The notes beneath the pieces are model-generated. The model saw nothing but the letters and a program-made list of their open reading frames with translations. It made no database searches and had not been told where the DNA came from. Both the position numbers and the translations under genes were made by a program. Below are positions 21,500 to 30,600 of a DNA stretch of 64,000 nt, in pieces. Positions within the stretch are counted from its first letter, which is position 1; each line of letters starts with the position of its first letter. Source of the stretch: Pseudomonadota bacterium (lineage in GTDB: Bacteria; UBA10199; 2-02-FULL-44-16; JBDRGF01); contig JBDRGF010000033.1 in assembly GCA_043818055.1 (NCBI GenBank), positions 32,001 through 96,000 of the forward strand. The letters are read 5' to 3'.

Positions 21500-23008
21500 T
21501 TATATTTTCTTCCATTCTGTCTTTTGAGAAGTATCTCTAATCTCAATTCCTAAGTCTCGTAACATGTTGCGAATTCGATCCGCTTGTTTGAAGTTCTTTG
21601 TTTTGCGAGCTTCATTTCTCTCTGAAATGAGATTTTCAATTTTTCGGATGAAATTAGCATCCACCTCTTCGACTCCATAGTCAAAAATAACGCCTAGAAT
21701 GGAATCAAAAACTTTTAAAACCTGTAAACAAGTTTTAGCTTGTTCTTTTGAAAGCATACCAACTGAATTTATTTTTGTCACAAAATTAAAAACGTACGCC
21801 AAACTCCCTGATATATTTAAATTATCATTTAAAGAATCGACAAACCCAGTTTGTGCTTCACAGCAGATCTTAGAAATATTAACCTCAACATCCTCATGGA
21901 TCGAACCCTTCTCGTATGCAAGCAACTTGTCCCTCAATTCCACCAAACGGTTAATGTTGCTTTTCGCTTGGCCTAGCGAAGTTAATGTAAAATTCATAGT
22001 TTGAGCATAATGCGTTGTCATGAGTGCCCACCTGATTGCAAGAGGATGATGTCCCATATTGATTAGATCTCGAATTGTATAAAAATTACCCTTTGACTTA
22101 CTCATCTTTTCGCCATCCACAAGCAAGAACTTCGCGTGTATCCAGTAATTGACGAAAGGTGCACCATTAGCACACATGGATTGAGCTATTTCGCATTCAT
22201 GATGCGGAAACTTATTATCCTCTCCACCAGTATGAATATCGATCGTATCGCCTAGCAATTCCTTTATCATAGCCGAACATTCTATGTGCCAGCCTGGAAA
22301 ACCGACACCCAACTCAGTCTCCCACTTCATAATATGCGTGTCGTCCTTCTTCCAAAGTGCGAAATCATAAGGATTTCTTTTAATGGCGGACTTAATTTCA
22401 TCTATGCGCCCGCCAGCTCCCGTCTTTAAAGATTCCATGGTATTATTTGACAAACGACCGTATTCCTTAAATGAAGAAATATCAAAATAATATGCGCCAT
22501 CAGATGCCTTATACGCATAGCCCTTGTCGATAAGAGCTTTAATCATCTTAACCATTGTATCGATATGTTCAGTCGCTCTTGGAAAACTCATCGGCTTTTT
22601 AAGATTGAGGGCATTAAAATCTTCCTTGAATGCTTTGATATAAAAGTCAGCAACATCCCATGGAGACTTAAAATCAAGATCCTTATATCCCTCCTTGCGA
22701 CCAGCTTTTTTCGATTTCAGCTGATTTACAGCGAGAGTCATTTTATCCTCTCCGCCACCTTCAGGGAAATCATCGTTAGTCATGTGACCTACATCGGTTA
22801 TATTCATAACTTGCTGCACTTCATATCCGTTTTGCTCCAAAACTCTCCGAAGCAAATCAGCCATAAGAAAGGTTCTAAAATTACCGATGTGAGCATAGTC
22901 ATAGACTGTAGGACCACAATTATACATCTTAACAATAGGATGACTGATAGCTCTGAATGGAGTTAGGCTGTTTGTGAAACTATTATATAATGTCAGTTCC
23001 TTAGTCAT
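21500..23008 (-). CDS. cysS: Cysteine--tRNA ligase (island-encoded, possibly a second copy)
   Basis: CGPTVYDYAHIGN, DFALWK, PGWHIECSAM, FPHHECE, KMSKS all intact. Confidence 0.95.
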   Translation of the reverse strand: MTKELTLYNSFTNSLTPFRAISHPIVKMYNCGPTVYDYAHIGNFRTFLMADLLRRVLEQNGYEVQQVMNITDVGHMTNDDFPEGGGEDKMTLAVNQLKSKKAGRKEGYKDLDFKSPWDVADFYIKAFKEDFNALNLKKPMSFPRATEHIDTMVKMIKALIDKGYAYKASDGAYYFDISSFKEYGRLSNNTMESLKTGAGGRIDEIKSAIKRNPYDFALWKKDDTHIMKWETELGVGFPGWHIECSAMIKELLGDTIDIHTGGEDNKFPHHECEIAQSMCANGAPFVNYWIHAKFLLVDGEKMSKSKGNFYTIRDLINMGHHPLAIRWALMTTHYAQTMNFTLTSLGQAKSNINRLVELRDKLLAYEKGSIHEDVEVNISKICCEAQTGFVDSLNDNLNISGSLAYVFNFVTKINSVGMLSKEQAKTCLQVLKVFDSILGVIFDYGVEEVDANFIRKIENLISERNEARKTKNFKQADRIRNMLRDLGIEIRDTSQKTEWKKI

Positions 23009-23145
23009 AGTGTTTTAATAACTATAATGAAGTCCATGTGATTGTCTATATCAAAAATTTGTTTTTTATATGGTGGCTTGACAGAAAATAGAGAAACTGT
23101 CACTAATAAGCGCATATCCTTATTGGAAAGGGTTTTTAAAAAACT

Positions 23146-24324
23146 ATGAATTTTATATACACATTTTTGAAACCAGCTCAAAGCAATTTTGAATTGTTGA
23201 AGAAATGGAGTACCATTTCGATTTACAATCCAGAAAATCCCGTAGTAGTTAAAATCACAGTTCCTTTAGGCGAAGTCTTTCAGAAGAATCAATTTGTTTT
23301 AATTGGGAATTCTCTCACAGGAGAGTATAAAAAAGCGATTAGTTCAGCTGCTATCAAGGGATACGAACTGTTACGAAACTCAGCTGAACAAGCGATCAAG
23401 CTTAAAACTCACACAGAAGTTTCGGATCCACACGGACAAATTGTAAAAACCTTTGATGAAGCCGCCAAACTCATTATGGAGCAATTGACACTTTTAGAAA
23501 AAACGGAATCCACAGATGCATTTCAAATTATAATTCCGCTTCAATTAGATACTTCTATTCAATTTAAAAACATGACAAGTCTACAGATCAAAAAAATGCT
23601 AGAGGCTGGCTGGAAAAGTGTAATTGTGCCAAGTGGTGCAATTGAACAACATGGCCCCCACTTGCCAATGAACACTGATATCTATTTAGCAACGGTGCTT
23701 TCAAATTTAATAGCTCAGGAATTAGGAATGATGTTAGTCTCATATGGAATTGCTCCCGGATGCTCTGACAATCATCTTCCTTTTGCCGGCACGCTATCGT
23801 TGGACCAAGATACATTCAAATCTGTACTAAAGAGGATGACTCGCAATTTGATCTCTCATGGTTTCAAAGAAATCATACACTTTCCTTTCCATGGAGGTAA
23901 TTTTAATCCAACTCAAGAAGCAATTAGAGAGCTGAGAGCCGAATTTGAAACACAAAAAATCAAAATTATAGGCCCAAAACAAGGCAGTATGGACAAGAAA
24001 GACTTTTTTAATACCCTAGAATCTGCTTTGCATATACACTTTCCTGACAAACCTGATGACTGGCACGCAGGTTGTATTGAAACATCGATGATGCTATATG
24101 CTGATCCTTTTCTTGTAAGAAAGGAATTGGTCGAAGTTGGTTACACTGGAAAACCAATCCCGTCTGAAATTGTGAACCGAGAAGGTCTTAATAAGTATAC
24201 GGCTAACGGCATTTGGGGGGATCCAGTTGGATATAGCATAGAATTAGGTGCTTTAATCTTTCGAAAACTGATTGCCAGAGCTATCCAACATATAGAATCT
24301 GAAAGAAACAAAAACGTTACCTAG
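23146..24324 (+). CDS. Creatininase-family amidohydrolase with ~140-aa unknown N-terminal extension
   Basis: GAIEQHGPHLPMNTD, FAGTLSL, HGGN, DWHAGCIETS, NGIWGDP. Confidence 0.85.
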   Translation: MNFIYTFLKPAQSNFELLKKWSTISIYNPENPVVVKITVPLGEVFQKNQFVLIGNSLTGEYKKAISSAAIKGYELLRNSAEQAIKLKTHTEVSDPHGQIVKTFDEAAKLIMEQLTLLEKTESTDAFQIIIPLQLDTSIQFKNMTSLQIKKMLEAGWKSVIVPSGAIEQHGPHLPMNTDIYLATVLSNLIAQELGMMLVSYGIAPGCSDNHLPFAGTLSLDQDTFKSVLKRMTRNLISHGFKEIIHFPFHGGNFNPTQEAIRELRAEFETQKIKIIGPKQGSMDKKDFFNTLESALHIHFPDKPDDWHAGCIETSMMLYADPFLVRKELVEVGYTGKPIPSEIVNREGLNKYTANGIWGDPVGYSIELGALIFRKLIARAIQHIESERNKNVT

Positions 24325-24370
24325 TTACAAGCTATAACTTTTTTTTAAATTTAGCTAAGTTGAATATATC

Positions 24371-25639
24371 ATGATAAAGAAACTGTTATCGATTCCCACC
24401 TTATATAAAAAAGCTCCAAAGGAAATATACATTCTCGCTTTGTCTAGAATAATTAACAGCTCAGGCAATTTTGTTTATCCCTTTCTAGCCCTCTTTATTA
24501 CACAAAAATTACAGCTATCTGCGAAAACAGCGGGAACGGCTGTTCTTCTTGTTTCAATTGCTTCGATTCTTGGCACATTAGTTGGTGGGAAACTAACGGA
24601 TCATAGTCGGCTTGGTCGGAAAAAAATTATGATTATCGCACAATTCTTTTGTGCCATAAACTTAATTCTGTGTACTCAGTTCGCCCATTCATACATAATT
24701 TTATTCTTTATTTTTATTTCACATTTTTTCCATGGAATCTTTAGCCCAGCAAATAAAGCAATGGCAATAGACTTGACGGATAAAAACAATAGGTATCCTT
24801 CATTCTCCTTAATTTATTTGGGACATAATATAGGCTGTTCTATAGGACCTCTTTTAGCTGGTTTTCTATTTAAAAATTATATCATGTGGTTATTTATTGG
24901 AGACGCACTAACTACACTTATTTCAGCTTTAATCATTGCAATATTTCTACATGAAACGCGTCCATCAAACGAGAAGATAGAGTCGAGCTACACAAAACAA
25001 TCACAGGAACGAGCCGAACAAGGCAATGTCTTTGTCAGTTTATTTAAAAGACCCAACCTCTTGTTTTTTGTTGTATTACTTATCATTCTACAAATTGTTT
25101 ATTCTCAGCGACATTTTTCACTTCCATTGCAGTTAAATCTCATTTATGGAAATACTGAAGGTCCAATTCTTTTTGGAACTATGATGACAATAAATTCATT
25201 GTTTGTGATCGCTTTTACTACCATAATCACTTCATTCACAAACAAGTTCAATCCTCTTATAAATGAATCTATCGCTAGCATATTTTATGCTCTGGGATTC
25301 GGAATGATCATTTTCACCCACTCTATTCCGTTCTTCATAATTTCTACATCTCTATGGACAATTGGTGAAATTCTATATTCCACCAATTCTTCTGTTTATA
25401 TCGCTAACCACACTCCTATTTCACATAGAGGAAGATTTAATGCGATTATACCCTTAGCAATGTATGTTGGATATGGACTTGGTCCATTATTAATGGGAAA
25501 AGTTATCGAATTACATAATCTCCAATATGTATGGATATCAACTTTTCTCCTAGCATCATTCGCAGCTTTTGCATTATGGACATTGCACATCTTAGAAAAA
25601 ACAAAACTGCAAACTGTGTTTAATAATGTTTCCAATTGA
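24371..25639 (+). CDS. MFS transporter (probable exporter)
   Basis: About 12 hydrophobic segments, GGKLTD..LGRKK motif A, NIGCSIGPLLAG, HRGRF. Confidence 0.9.
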   Translation: MIKKLLSIPTLYKKAPKEIYILALSRIINSSGNFVYPFLALFITQKLQLSAKTAGTAVLLVSIASILGTLVGGKLTDHSRLGRKKIMIIAQFFCAINLILCTQFAHSYIILFFIFISHFFHGIFSPANKAMAIDLTDKNNRYPSFSLIYLGHNIGCSIGPLLAGFLFKNYIMWLFIGDALTTLISALIIAIFLHETRPSNEKIESSYTKQSQERAEQGNVFVSLFKRPNLLFFVVLLIILQIVYSQRHFSLPLQLNLIYGNTEGPILFGTMMTINSLFVIAFTTIITSFTNKFNPLINESIASIFYALGFGMIIFTHSIPFFIISTSLWTIGEILYSTNSSVYIANHTPISHRGRFNAIIPLAMYVGYGLGPLLMGKVIELHNLQYVWISTFLLASFAAFALWTLHILEKTKLQTVFNNVSN

Positions 25640-25682
25640 GAATGCAATTTTGCGATAATCTTTTAGAAAGAGTGAATTTTGT

Positions 25683-26879
25683 ATGAAAGAAAATATACTA
25701 ATTTTGAATAACGCCAGATATGAGCACTACTATAAGAATAAAAAACCAATTATTGACTATAATCGTTACAACGTTTTTTTTATAACAAAAAAAGAATACG
25801 CTGCTGAAATTCCAGATAATGATTACTCAGAACTTCACTCCATCAATATGAGTGACAGCGACGCTGTATTCGAATTAGCAAGAAATATTCATTTAAGGTA
25901 TTTTATCAATCGTGTCATTGCACTATCCGAAAGTAACATTTTGGATGCAGCACGAATTAGAGAATTTTGTGGGTGTAAAGGAATGCCATTTAACCAAGTG
26001 CTAATATTAAGAGATAAATGTTTAATGAAAGAATACCTCAGTGGTAAAGGAATTAACGTCCCTGCATTTAAAAAATTATACTCAACTCAGAATGCCATAG
26101 AGTTTTACCAATTATATGGTAGAGTTGTGATCAAACCTGCGTTAGGAATGGGATCAAAGAATACCTACATTATTGATACAGAGACTAAGTTCAACTTAGC
26201 GTTAAAATGTATTAATAATAGCATTCTTGATTACGAAATTGAGGAATTTGTTGATGGAGATATGTATCATTGCGATTCCATCATAGTGGATGGACATGTT
26301 AAACTATGTAGCGTTAGTAAATATCTTGATTCCACATGCGGTTATTTAGAGAGTCAACCACTTGCATCAGTTATGGAAGATGACGAAAACATCTGCTCTA
26401 GGTTACAGACTTTTAACAGCATGATTCTTAAAGCTTTCGGCATCAAAAATGATGTTACACATCTTGAGGTCTTCTATAAGGATTCTAATATCGTATTTTG
26501 TGAAATTGCAATAAGAACAGGAGGGGGAGGAATTATTGATTCAGTTGAGCAGAAATATTCAATCAATCTCATGGAAACCCATCTCAAACTCCAACTTTCA
26601 CAATGTGAAAAATTACAACTATGTAGCAGAGATCTTTACAGTGGATTTGTTATGTTTTATGCGAAACCAGGGATAGTAGTCAATATTACACCGGCCGATA
26701 AATTTAATCAGGAATGGATATCTAAATTTAAAGTCTACATCAAAAAAGGCGATCGAGTCATTTTACCAAAATATAATGGAAAACCAGCCGCCATAGTAAT
26801 CATCGTTGGAAAGACGAAAGACGATTTGATCAATAAAGTTGAATGGGTAAAAAGCAATTTCAGAATTAGCTACATTTAA
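25683..26879 (+). CDS. ATP-grasp ligase (L-amino-acid-ligase-like)
   Basis: RDKCLMK, VIKPALGMGS, IEEFVDG, HLEVF, FCEIAIRTGG. Confidence 0.85.
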   Translation: MKENILILNNARYEHYYKNKKPIIDYNRYNVFFITKKEYAAEIPDNDYSELHSINMSDSDAVFELARNIHLRYFINRVIALSESNILDAARIREFCGCKGMPFNQVLILRDKCLMKEYLSGKGINVPAFKKLYSTQNAIEFYQLYGRVVIKPALGMGSKNTYIIDTETKFNLALKCINNSILDYEIEEFVDGDMYHCDSIIVDGHVKLCSVSKYLDSTCGYLESQPLASVMEDDENICSRLQTFNSMILKAFGIKNDVTHLEVFYKDSNIVFCEIAIRTGGGGIIDSVEQKYSINLMETHLKLQLSQCEKLQLCSRDLYSGFVMFYAKPGIVVNITPADKFNQEWISKFKVYIKKGDRVILPKYNGKPAAIVIIVGKTKDDLINKVEWVKSNFRISYI

Positions 26880-27017
26880 AAACATTTATTTGTTCTTTCA
26901 CCACTAGTACCGAATAAATTAAAAACAAGCGCTGTTTGAATCGATGACGGTGTGATATTCTGATGCTTGAAGCGGCGTTTAAAATCATAAGATTTCAATG
27001 TCAAATATTACCACTCA

Positions 27018-28058
27018 TCACCCCACCAGTTCAATTCTTTCACCCTCTGTCAACTCACCAAATGAATTTATCGCATGTTCAGCAAGCCCCATTTTTCTAG
27101 CAACTCTGATATATTCTTCCACATTTGAAGGATCGACTGCGACAAGCAATCCACCCGATGTCTGCGGGTCGGCTAAAATCTTTTGATTCTCCCCTGTGAG
27201 ACCTTCGACATGATGGCCATAGCTCCTAACATTTCGAAATGTTCCTCCGGGACAGCACTCTTTGTCGAGATAGTATTCAACTTCTTTAAGCAGAGGGACA
27301 TCATCAACTCTAATTACAGCTTTGAGCTTCGATCCTTGAGCCATTTCAAGGAGATGTCCCAAGAGTCCAAACCCGGTGACGTCGGTCATCGCGTGCACAC
27401 ATGATAGCTTTCCAAAGGCCTCACCTGCGCGATTCAATGCTGTCATTATCTCTACCGCTTTTCCTTCATCTGTCGGCTTTAGCACTCCGTGTTTTTGGGC
27501 GCTCGTGAGGATGCCTATACCAAGCGGCTTTGTGAGAAATAAAAGGTCCCCTGCCTTTGCGCCGTCATTTCTTTTTATATGGGCCTTTTTTATGGTGCCG
27601 TTCACGGCCAATCCAAATATCGGCTCAGGTGAATCAATGCTGTGTCCGCCGGCCAGCGGAATGTTCGCATCTTTGCAGACTTCGCTAGCCCCCCTCATCA
27701 CCTCCCTTGCAACATCGGGTGATAATTTATCTATCGGCCAGCCCAGGATCGATATCGCAAGGATCGGAGTCCCTCCCATCGCATACACGTCGCTGATCGA
27801 ATTCGTTGCAGCTACCCTGCCGAAATCGTATGGATCATCGACGATCGGCATGAAGAAATCGGTCGTACTGATCAGCGCCTCTCCGTTCCCCAGATCGACA
27901 ACGGCGGCATCATCCTTGCTCTCGTTGCCAACGATGAGATTTGGGAATTTCGTGTTGTTTTTCCCCTCTAAGATCTTCTCCAGCACATCAGGCGCGATCT
28001 TGCACCCGCACCCTGCCCCGTGGCTGTATTGTGTCAGTCGAACATTTTTTTTATCCAT
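27018..28058 (-). CDS. selD: Selenide, water dikinase (Cys-type)
   Basis: [51 protein letters not shown]. Confidence 0.97.
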   Translation of the reverse strand: MDKKNVRLTQYSHGAGCGCKIAPDVLEKILEGKNNTKFPNLIVGNESKDDAAVVDLGNGEALISTTDFFMPIVDDPYDFGRVAATNSISDVYAMGGTPILAISILGWPIDKLSPDVAREVMRGASEVCKDANIPLAGGHSIDSPEPIFGLAVNGTIKKAHIKRNDGAKAGDLLFLTKPLGIGILTSAQKHGVLKPTDEGKAVEIMTALNRAGEAFGKLSCVHAMTDVTGFGLLGHLLEMAQGSKLKAVIRVDDVPLLKEVEYYLDKECCPGGTFRNVRSYGHHVEGLTGENQKILADPQTSGGLLVAVDPSNVEEYIRVARKMGLAEHAINSFGELTEGERIELVG

Positions 28059-28169
28059 AACGTTTTCTACCTTTTTTCTCAAGACTGTTCGAAAATGCTG
28101 AGGGAGTTCACCCGCCTCAACTTCCCCGTTATGCAACGGGAGAAGCCTTGTCAAGAGAAGTGATTCTGA

Positions 28170-30473
28170 TCAAAAATTTGGTATCAATCTTAGCTCTTCG
28201 ACAGCTTTATCATCTATTATACTTCCAAACCTATCTATCGGCTCGACAAGGGCTTCTAAAATTGTAAGTGGGTCTTCAACCTTTCCGATCGAAACTTTTT
28301 CTTTGTAAAGTTTTGTTAAATTATATTGAAGCTCCTTGAGAAATTTTGACAGTTCATCTCCATTTGAATAAATGGCGCTCTGTGGTTTTAATGGAGATGA
28401 TATTTTCCATTCACTATCGATAGCCTCCTGAAACAATTTTGTGAACTTATCAATCATTGCCATTAGTTCATCAACAGCCGGGTTGTTTTGTCTATATTTC
28501 GACAGTATGTGTTTATATTTTAACAAATCTTTTGTGATCGATTCTCTCAATGATCTCAAAGGTAACTGGCCGGAGGTCCTTCTGATCATATCCCTTTTAT
28601 TGATTAAACCCTGAACGACCCATTTAATCTCCCTTGGTATTTGATTTCTATAATACGATTCAATTGAATTAATGATGTGAAAGGTCGAAACATTGGATAT
28701 AGTCAATGGGGTGATTTTTTGATCATTCGTCTCAGCTTCAAGTTGGGTTCTTCTCTTGTTCAGTTCATTTTGATATTGTCCTCCCATGACATAAAGAAGG
28801 TTAACGGCCAAATACCTATCTTTTGTTGGGGTTCTACCGTCGCTGGCTATTCTGAAAAGCAACTCGAAAAACTCATTATTATATTCCAACGTGCCAAACT
28901 CATTAATATAATGTGTAAACCAATGTAAAATAGCAAAAAGCTCATCATGATCTCTAGATGGAATAATCATTAAATCGGAGTTTTTTAATAAGTTGATTAC
29001 ATATTTAAACCGCTCAACTTCTGGCAGACGCCATATGAGTTTTGAAAATTGATTTAAAATTCTCATTCTTGAATTACGTGATCGCTCCGCCATGTGAGAA
29101 TAGTTAGAAATAGCCATTCCTAAATTACCAGATTGTTCCTCGTTGAATGTTTCTATGATTTTATCCAGATGACCACGAAGATATTCCATATTGTCAATAT
29201 TTGATTCGACGCCAAATTTAAATGGAAGGCCAGCATTATTTCCAACTTTTGACAGTGTGGCGGGATCCTTAAAATGAGTATATGGATCAGCGCAACTTTT
29301 TGAAAATAGCTTTGAAATCAATGTTTTTGCTTGTCCTGTCTTGTCATCATAAGAAATAGTGTTGAGAAAAAGAAAAAATAAAAGATGGGTTGAATTTGCG
29401 ATATCTAGAATTTCATTCAAGGGTTCGTTTGATCTCTCGCAAAAGTTGGATATCTGTTCGATTGCTTCAGAAATCAAACCATCCCTGTCAGGATACGAAT
29501 AACCATTCAACACGGCGAATATTGCAAGTCGCAACCGTTGTTCTTTGTCCTTTGTTGCGGAAATAAGTTTTTGAAATAGCATTTCGTCGATTAGCAGATG
29601 AGGGTGACAGAAGGCCTGTTGCCATATAGTGCCAGATTCATATCCATATGTTGATTCATATATAATTCTGTTGAAAGTTTGGAAATCAAGGCTTTCAGAC
29701 TCTAAATGATTTCCTATAATAATTTTGGACAACTTCTTTTTGATTGCGATTTGTACTTTTTCAGAAAACTTTGAGAGCATCATTAGTAAATCAGGTTGGT
29801 TTAAGATACCAACCCAAATATCTCGACTACCTGATACATCAAGTACATATTTTTCAAACTCCTTATCGTAGCCCAATTGAAGGGCAAGGACACCTAGTTT
29901 ATGGATGTTTTCGTCACTGTATAGTAGTTCTAAAAGTTGGCTAAAATCTTCTTGAGCAATAAACAAACCTTCGTCAAAGTAGTTGCCTAATATGTGATCA
30001 AAATACTTTTGTAGTGTAAGTCTATCTGCTGATCTAATGGCCTGGGCAATGATATTGTTTTTCAATGCGCTAGATCTTTTTGCTGATTGAGATAGCAAGT
30101 CATCTTCCTTACGTATGTATGCAAATAAATGATAACTTCCGACCGCCTCCCCACCATGGTCTTCGACAATTTTTTTAACAAGGGACGTGTCAAACCCTCC
30201 CTCGAATAGGAGTTCCATAAAACCGGGTGCGGTATAGTTAGAGGCATTTGAAGGTTGCAATAGATCTCTGGCTATTTCAGAAAGCAGGTCGTCGATGATT
30301 TTTTCACAATTTGTGATTTTGAGCTCTTGCAAAACATGATCGCATTTCATCATTTTAAGAAGCAGTATTGAATGTCCTGTTAATACGTTTGAACATATCA
30401 AATTTTTTAACGATTCTGCTATAACTGTACGTGATGCTGGATAATGCAAGATGTAATCTGAGATATTTGACAA
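28170..30473 (-). CDS. Hypothetical helical protein; probably the C-terminal part of the upstream gene
   Basis: 767-codon ORF with a weak TTG start; the frame stays open upstream past the stop of 30601-32826. Confidence 0.55.
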   Translation of the reverse strand: MSNISDYILHYPASRTVIAESLKNLICSNVLTGHSILLLKMMKCDHVLQELKITNCEKIIDDLLSEIARDLLQPSNASNYTAPGFMELLFEGGFDTSLVKKIVEDHGGEAVGSYHLFAYIRKEDDLLSQSAKRSSALKNNIIAQAIRSADRLTLQKYFDHILGNYFDEGLFIAQEDFSQLLELLYSDENIHKLGVLALQLGYDKEFEKYVLDVSGSRDIWVGILNQPDLLMMLSKFSEKVQIAIKKKLSKIIIGNHLESESLDFQTFNRIIYESTYGYESGTIWQQAFCHPHLLIDEMLFQKLISATKDKEQRLRLAIFAVLNGYSYPDRDGLISEAIEQISNFCERSNEPLNEILDIANSTHLLFFLFLNTISYDDKTGQAKTLISKLFSKSCADPYTHFKDPATLSKVGNNAGLPFKFGVESNIDNMEYLRGHLDKIIETFNEEQSGNLGMAISNYSHMAERSRNSRMRILNQFSKLIWRLPEVERFKYVINLLKNSDLMIIPSRDHDELFAILHWFTHYINEFGTLEYNNEFFELLFRIASDGRTPTKDRYLAVNLLYVMGGQYQNELNKRRTQLEAETNDQKITPLTISNVSTFHIINSIESYYRNQIPREIKWVVQGLINKRDMIRRTSGQLPLRSLRESITKDLLKYKHILSKYRQNNPAVDELMAMIDKFTKLFQEAIDSEWKISSPLKPQSAIYSNGDELSKFLKELQYNLTKLYKEKVSIGKVEDPLTILEALVEPIDRFGSIIDDKAVEELRLIPNF

Positions 30474-30600
30474 CCAATATCGGAGCTTTATTTGAGTCTC
30501 ATCTCTGAGATGATCATTAAACCTATCCCTCCAAATTAATTTTGAACTTAAATCGTTGTCTTTATTAAATAGTCTAAAAAGTTCATGCCATTTTTTAAAG

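Noticed and set aside
18042..24324. Mycofactocin or PQQ cluster (SPASM radical SAM plus creatininase)
   Set aside because: No MftA/PqqA-like peptide, MftB/PqqD RRE, MftD or MftF visible
13439..26879. Pearlin / 3-thiaglutamate-type cluster, suggested by CysRS plus B12-radical SAM
   Set aside because: No LanB-like PEARL enzyme, DUF692 oxidase or scaffold peptide recognised
27995..28030. Selenocysteine in SelD
   Set aside because: The active-site codons are TGC (GAGCGCK); there is no in-frame TGA
27376..28101. Long antisense ORF (241 aa) and the many similar shadow ORFs in the track
   Set aside because: They lie opposite or within well-supported genes and have no motifs of their own
28095..28146. 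Two hairpins upstream of selD as a possible riboswitch
   Set aside because: No match to a riboswitch consensus I can recognise; one hairpin overlaps a likely promoter region
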